Notes under the pieces: model-generated
Told to the model about the DNA's origin: nothing
Database searches by the model: none
Seen by the model: only the letters and a program-made list of their open reading frames with translations
Source: Octopus sinensis
Lineage: Eukaryota
Reading direction: 5' to 3'
Length of the DNA: 64,000 nucleotides
Assembly (NCBI RefSeq): GCF_006345805.1
Contig: NC_043008.1
Location: 14,322,001 to 14,386,000 of the forward strand
Made by a program: the position numbers and the translations under genes
Part shown: positions 57,477 to 64,000 of the stretch, one piece after another
How positions within the stretch are numbered: position 1 is the stretch's first letter
Layout: each line of letters opens with the position of its first letter

Positions 57477-58482
57477 GAGTAAATATTCAAAAGTAAATTA
57501 ATATCTGCGCTAATTATAAATTGATAATTACAACAATAATATAGGTGGCTGCAGGCGTTAAATAATATTAGATAGCTATAGAATTAAAATTCATATCTAT
57601 CATAAGGGCACACGAAGCGCCTACCTGCTAGAAAGTGGAGTTAAAACCCTCAAATTAAACACCAATGACGCTGAAAAATTCTGCAGATAACAACAGTAGT
57701 GCAAAACGAACAATTTAGAACGCCAGCAGACTCCAACGTGGCGAGTTCAATTTTTCACTTGATAAGATTTGCGGAAGAGAGTTGTGGGTTTTTCGCCCAA
57801 ACTCGAAATCGTGATACAAGTATATTCAAGATACCAAACTATATAGCATTAAGCTGTGATGGTATGTCAAAATTTATTTTTGTCCGTTTGCCCGACTAGT
57901 GCTGTTATCTGTTGAATTTTTCAGTGTCATTGGTGGTTAAGTTGAGTGTCTTAACTCCACTTTCTAGCAGATAGGTGCTCCGTGTTCCCTTGTGGTAAAT
58001 ATAAATTTTAATTGTATAGCTATCTAATGCTATTGAACGCCTGTAGCCTCCTAAATTATTCTTGTTGTTATTATCAGTTTACATTTACTGCAGATAGTAA
58101 TAACAATAACAATATCTCCATAAATATTCGCTTTTGAATATTTACTCCTTATTATAAATATATTTACACTGAAGTTGTTCTGAATTTGATGCGAAACAAC
58201 TCAGAACGCCAGCAGACTCCAACGTGAAAAGCTGAATTTTTCCCTTGGTAAGAATTGCTGAAGAGAGTTAAGGCTTTCCGCCAAAACTCGAGATCATGAT
58301 ACAAGTATATCCAAAATACCAAACTATTTAGCATTAAGCTGTGATAGTATGTCAAAAACTTTTTTGCTCGTTTGCCCGAGTACTGTTGTTATCGGTTGAA
58401 ATTTTCAGTGTCATTGGTGGTTGAGTGTTTTAACTCCACATTCTAGCAGGTTGGTGCTTCGTGTGCCCTTATGATAAATATA
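57477..58482 (+). mobile_element. Penelope-like pLTR cluster: one inverted and two direct copies, each direct copy with an HHR
   Basis: Inverted arms about 57477-57712 and 57880-58147; direct repeat about 57716-58003 and 58203-58482; HHRs at 57769-57819 and 58255-58304. Confidence 0.75.
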
Positions 58483-58506
58483 TGTACATATACACCACAA
58501 ACACAC

Positions 58507-58567
<61 letters not shown>

Positions 58568-58902
58568 GACTGAATTCCTTCAGTTTCTAAGATATTTGTT
58601 GTACTCGTTATCGATTATCCATTCAACACCCCTAACCATTTTATCATTCCAGGATAAAAGTACATTTAGGAAATAGATTGAACACGCATTCATTGCAACT
58701 GAACGGGTCTGTCTCTTTAACATTAAATATCCTTGATCTAAATTGATTTATTACCTCTCGTTACCGTATTGGCAATGAATATTGACTGCATGTCGTTCGA
58801 TTATGATAGCTACGATCTCTTCCGCCAGCCATTCAAGTACGGCTCACATGTATGGTATTTCTAAATATACACCTTCTGCACAGTCAGATCTCATCAAAGC
58901 TG

Positions 58903-59069
58903 CAGGCGCAAACTTGGCTGTGTGGTTACAGAACCTTGCTTCCCAACCACATGGTTCCGGATTCAGCTCCACTGCGTGACACCTTGGGTAACTGTCTCCT
59001 ACTGGAGCCACGGGTCGACTAAAGCCTTGTGAGTGGATTTGATGGACGGAAACTGAAAGAAGCCTACCG

Positions 59070-59112
<43 letters not shown>

Positions 59113-59350
59113 TGTGTGTGTGTGTGTGTGTGTGATTGTGTCTGTGTGCCTCTATTTGTCCTCTCTCATCACAGTTTGACAAGCGGTGTTGGTGTGTTTA
59201 CGCCACCGTAACTCAACACTGCAAAAGAGACCGATAGAATAAGTACTAGGCTTTACAAATAAGTCCTGGGGTCGATCCGTTCGACTAAAATCCTTCAAGA
59301 CGATGCTCCAGCATGACTGCAGTCAAATGACTGAGACGAGTAAATGAAGA
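58903..59350 (+). mobile_element. SINE family B, full length
   Basis: Collinear with 2728-3132. Confidence 0.87.
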
Positions 59351-59354
59351 AAAG

Positions 59355-59722
59355 AATAATGACCGAAAAGGTACAATAGAGAATACAACCGACTGAGATG
59401 GGGTTCCTCGAAGGACGTTACTCAAGAGTAAGTCACTACTCCAGGTTTAGTCACCACTTCTCTACATTGAGAAGTCACAGCTCTAGTTTAACGGACATGC
59501 GATTAGAATGTCGTAGGAAAGAAACACAAGGCGACTACCTCAAGCCAAGACAAATGGCAGTAAACCCAGGGTAGATGGAAAACAAGATCGTTGTACAATA
59601 TCCATACTCTCAGAAAGTCTAATGATGGTTGCTTCTCATAGGACCTTATGGAGGAGATACCTGAAGTTTCTACACTGATGGTCCTTCCTAGAATAATTGG
59701 CAGAAAAGACGGATGGATGATT
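59355..59722 (+). pseudogene. Decayed RTE-clade LINE 3' end
   Basis: RIQPTEMGFL..LLYIEKSQL*FNGHAIRMS*ERNTRRL.QAK.NG.KPRGRWKTR (about LRWFGHV.RM...RPRGRP..RW); GGAT-like tail. Confidence 0.75.
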
Positions 59723-59830
59723 GGATAGTTCGTTTCCACCTTTCATAGAACCAAATTCTATTCTAACAAAATAGAATAAATATTCTACATTCATTACTTT
59801 TCATGTATTTATTATTAATATCAACAAAAG

Positions 59831-60617
59831 GGCGGCGCGCTGGCAGAATCATTAGCACGCCTGGTGAAATGCTTAGCGATATTTCGTCTACTGCTACGTT
59901 CTGAGTTCAAATTCCGCCGAGGTCGACTTTGCTTTCATCCTTTCGAGGTCGATTAAATAAGTACCAGTTACGCCCTGAGCTCGATGTAATCGACTTAATA
60001 CCTTTGTCTGTCCTTGTTTGTCCCCTCTGTATTTAGCCCCTTGTGGGCAGTAAAGAAATAGGTATTTCGTTTGTCTTTACGTTCTGAGTTCAAATTCTGC
60101 TGAGGTTGTCTTTGCTTTGCCTTTCATCCTTTCGGGGTCGATAAAATAAGTACCAGTTACGCCCTGGGGTCGATGTAATCGACTTAATCCCTTTATCTGT
60201 CCTTGTTTGTCCCCTCTGTGTGTAGCCCCTTGTTGGCAGTAAAGAAATAGGTATTTCGTCTGCTGCTACGTTCTGAGTTCAAATTCTGCCGAAGTCGACT
60301 TTGCTTTGCCTTTCATCCTTTCGGGGTCGATAAATTAAGTACCAGTGAAACACTGGGGTCGATGTAATCGACTAGTCCCCTCCCCATAATTGTGCCTATA
60401 GCAGTAAGGATTAATATCAACGAAGGCAGCTGGCTGACAGAACCGTTAACACGCTGAGCAAACTACTTCGCGGCTTTTTCGTTCAAATTCCGCTTAGGTC
60501 GACTTTGGCTTTCTTCATTTCGGGGTCGATAAAATAAGTAGCAATTGAGTACTGGCGTCGGTGTAATAGGCGAGCCTCCGCCCACTAAATTGCAGCCTTG
60601 TGCCAAAATTTGAAACC
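59831..60617 (+). mobile_element. Family A SINE trimer followed by a monomer
   Basis: Units at 59878, 60061, 60250; flank ATTAATATCAAC repeated at 59814 and 60410; monomer about 60424-60617. Confidence 0.88.
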
Positions 60618-61391
60618 AATATCAATGAGGACCAAATGTTATTATCTCAGCATAACAACAAACCTACAAAGCGAAATAATTTGAGAATAATTTTAGACAT
60701 CATATTTTAAAAGGTGCTCTTTGCTGTCATTTGCTCTTTTGTCTTTCGTATTGGTATTCATTCGTATTCATTCGTTATTCACTATTTTGTTCACACTATT
60801 TTGTCATCGCCCTTTTGTCTGACGCACTTATGTCATCCCACAACACCAGAGTGTTTCATTAAAGAAAATTGACATAATGTTCTAGTTGTATGTGTTATAT
60901 AAGCATCATTAATCGAAAGTAAAGTGCTTAACACAGTACCATTTTTCTATATGATTCCTCGATCACTTTAATGGTTTATTATTCTATAATATATAAATAT
61001 TGGATTTATCTTATAATACTTTTGCGTCCCAATACAATTCAATAGAAAATGGTCGACCATCAATATGGTTATTTTTATATGCACATTCTGAAAAGGAAAG
61101 TTAATAGAAAGAAATAATACTTGAGCTGTTGTATGATAGGCCAGCAGGGACATATATGTGTCTGCTTAATAATACATCTGATTGATAATGGCCAATAGCA
61201 ATCACACTGGCTTGACAAGACTACAAAACACTCATTTCGTTTTTTTTTCTTTTAAAGATTAAATCTGAAAGAAATCATAACTCAAATTATTTTTTGTTTT
61301 ATTTTCCTCAATGTTTTTTAATATTATATTTTATCACTTGCTTTTGCTTGTTTTGTTGCTTTTTTTCACAAAATTAAATCCAAAGATATAT

Positions 61392-61429
<38 letters not shown>

Positions 61430-61431
61430 TC

Positions 61432-61464
<33 letters not shown>

Positions 61465-62164
61465 TGTATGTATGTATGTATGTACGTGTAAAATACCAAA
61501 TGACATACAAAAGGAATCAGGAAAAAAAAAGGAATATCAAAAATAGTATATTCCAATATGTGTCTATTTAAAATCTAAATTAATTTTTTGTTCTTCTTAT
61601 TTTGAAAAATTTATTTGACTAGAAATCATTGATTAAAAATATGAAGAAAAACAAACACTTTTGCATAAAAGAAAGAAAAAAAAATAATTCTAACTTTAAC
61701 AACAAATGTCAAATCCAATATAGAAATCAAGACAAACGATAAAGTATTGTTAATATGTTGCTATGGAAATGGATTACTCTTTTTAATGAAAGTTTATTTT
61801 GAATCTGTGGAAAATTATTGTTGCAATGTCTGTCAAAAGAGATGGAGAAGAAAGCGGAGAAATTGGGAAGCCATAAGTTTTCCATGATACGATTTCAAAT
61901 GGTGACTGAAATTGTTTTATTTTACTAAACTGCCTGGTATTTTCGTCGTACCGTTTCAGTATCTTTGACGCTTAGTAAATAGCGTAAGGTTTGTATTTCG
62001 TCGCGGTTTAATGAAAATAACAATAAATCAATCAATAAATTCCTTTTTATAGATTTTGCCCAGAATAAAAGGTACTTGCCAATGGCCATCCCATGCTCAC
62101 CCAAACCAATGAGATCGACTTGGTATTAACATGGTTTTAATGTTCTTTTCCAACAAGTGCGAGG

Positions 62165-62428
62165 GATAACGAGTACAACAAGTATCTTAGAAACTGAAGG
62201 AATTCAGTCATTTATATATATATATATATACATATGTATTTGTGGTGTATATGTACATATATTTATCATAAGGGCACACGAAGCACCTACCTGCTAGTAT
62301 GTGGAGTAAAAAAAACACTCAATCACCAACGACACTGAACATTTCAACCGATAACAACAGTACTCGGGCAAACGAGAAAAAAAGTTTTTGACATATCATC
62401 ACAGCTTAATGCTATATAGGTTGGTATT
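62165..62428 (-). repeat. Inverted duplicate of 58315-58612
   Basis: Includes repeat-derived part, TA tract and otherwise unique ATGACTGAATTCCTTCAGTTTCTAAGAT..GTACTCGTTATC. Confidence 0.9.
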
Positions 62429-62654
62429 AAGCGGTCGTAGGGAAAAACACACGGACAGAGAGAATTCAAAATGTATGATATTTAGGCTATAAAGAAGTTA
62501 TTAATGCGGGCTGGAATCGCAATATCATTGCAGTATAGTGTAAAGAACATTGGTTCGTGTTGGTGTGGCTGCTGCTATTGTTATTGTCGCTGTGTAGCCC
62601 CAAGAAATCTATGGTCATACAGATGTATACCACTTAAGAAGTTGATAAAACAAC

Positions 62655-63085
62655 TCTTTTACTTGTTTCAGTCATTTAACTGCGGCCATGCTGGAGAACC
62701 GCCTTTAGTCGAGCAAATCGACCCCAGGACTTATTCTTTGTAAGCCTAGTACTTTTTCTATCGGTATCTTTTGCCTAACCGCTAAGTTACTGGGGCGTAA
62801 ACCTATAATCATAGGTGTTCTATCCGTGACTATCTTTTTTTCTTGACTGCTTTTATTCAAACATAGACCCTAAAAACTTCAGGCCTTGCACCTTTAGCAC
62901 ACCGGACGAAATGCATAGCGATATTTCGTCTGTCTCTACGTTCTGAGTTCAAATTCTACCGAGGTCGACTTTGCCTTTCATCCATTCGGGGACGATAAAT
63001 TAAGTATCAGTGATGCACTTGGGTCGATGTATTCGACTAGCCCCTTCCCCCAATTTCAGGCCTTTCGCCTATAGTAGAAAGGATA
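62655..63085. mobile_element. Family B SINE 3' fragment (-) and family A SINE (+)
   Basis: 62655-62800 and about 62895-63085. Confidence 0.78.
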
Positions 63086-63129
63086 AAAAGGAAGTGTTTA
63101 TTAATTGACATGAGTATTCCTTGCGATCA

Positions 63130-63941
63130 CAATATAGCGGCGAATTAATGAATTAACAATATAGCGGCGAATATATGAATTAACAATATAGCGGCGAATA
63201 TATGAATTAACAATTGAGGATAAAATCTTTAAAAGAAATTATCAGTAGTCAGCGTGAAAAACCTCGTAAGAGAAAAAATCCGTAAATTCTTCCTCTTTGA
63301 AAATATTCATTTATATTATAATGAGGGTACTACTATTAGTAGATACCAACACGCTAACAGGGACCAATGCGGTCAAAACTACTAAAAATAAACAAAATAT
63401 TACCGAATGCAAAACTTCAAAACACATCATTTTAAAAAAGAATTCAGTTATATCACGGTAACAAATTGCCTAGTCGGAATAAAAATTCAGTATTGAACTA
63501 TTCCGGTGAAAAATATAAATTAACAATTGAGGATAAAATCTTTAAAATAAATTATCAGTAGTCATTAATTTATATTTTTCACCGGAATAGTTCAATACTG
63601 AATTTTTATTCCGACTAGGCAATTTCTTTTACCGAAATGCATTGCGAAAAAGCCCGCCATTTTCATAGATATGTAAGGATAAACATTCGTACATGCTACG
63701 ACGAATTCTACGGTTGGCTATCGAGTTTGTAATGTTATGTTTTTTCTTATATCTCTTGAGTTTGTTGCACTGATGAACATGAAATGCATATTCTGCATTA
63801 AATGCGAAATCACATGCGATATGTAACTGAATATTTTAAAATGATGTGTTTTGAAGTTTTGCATTCGGTAATATTTTGTTTATTTTTAGTAGTTTTGACC
63901 GCATTGGTCCCTCTTAGCGTGTTGGTATCTACTAATAGTAG
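63130..63941. mobile_element. Penelope-like inverted pLTR structure with HHR-like motif
   Basis: Nested arms 63328-63452/63820-63941 and 63457-63523/63564-63634; 27-bp tandem repeat at 63130-63215; uugca CUGAUGA ... GAAA ... ugcga at 63765-63819. Confidence 0.72.
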
Positions 63942-63946
63942 TGGTG

Positions 63947-64000
63947 GTGACCCCCTTCGGTCAGACACTGACCACGGGTTTGCACCTAGAGAGTTACCCT
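63947..64000 (-). mobile_element. 3' end of a family C SINE (cut by window edge)
   Basis: Reverse complement of GGGTAACTTTCTAGGTGCAA.CCC.TGGTCA..GACCGAAGGGGG. Confidence 0.75.

Overview
AT-rich, repeat-saturated animal genomic DNA, most likely an octopus/coleoid cephalopod (inferred from SINE families and extreme (TA)n/(CA)n/(GATA)n/(ATGT)n density). No intact host protein-coding gene is visible; nearly all listed ORFs are microsatellite read-throughs. The window holds about 35 copies or fragments of at least four tRNA-derived SINE families, LINE relics (CR1-group 3' end, two tandem L1/Tx1-like 3' ends inside GATA repeats, RTE, a probable HERO-type piece) and several mariner derivatives. Many inverted-repeat elements have Penelope-like pseudo-LTR architecture and carry minimal hammerhead-ribozyme (HHR) motifs. 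A few weak + strand splice/promoter signals (7.6, 23.2, 32.0 kb) suggest the 5'/intronic part of a large gene. Most notable: a TSD-bounded element joining a tRNA-like Pol III head, an HHR and an inverted terminal copy (21.85-22.25 kb); SINE multimers with an invariant junction; and a SINE sharing its 3' tail with the GATA-embedded Tx1-like LINE. All motif and family calls are by eye, without database searches.
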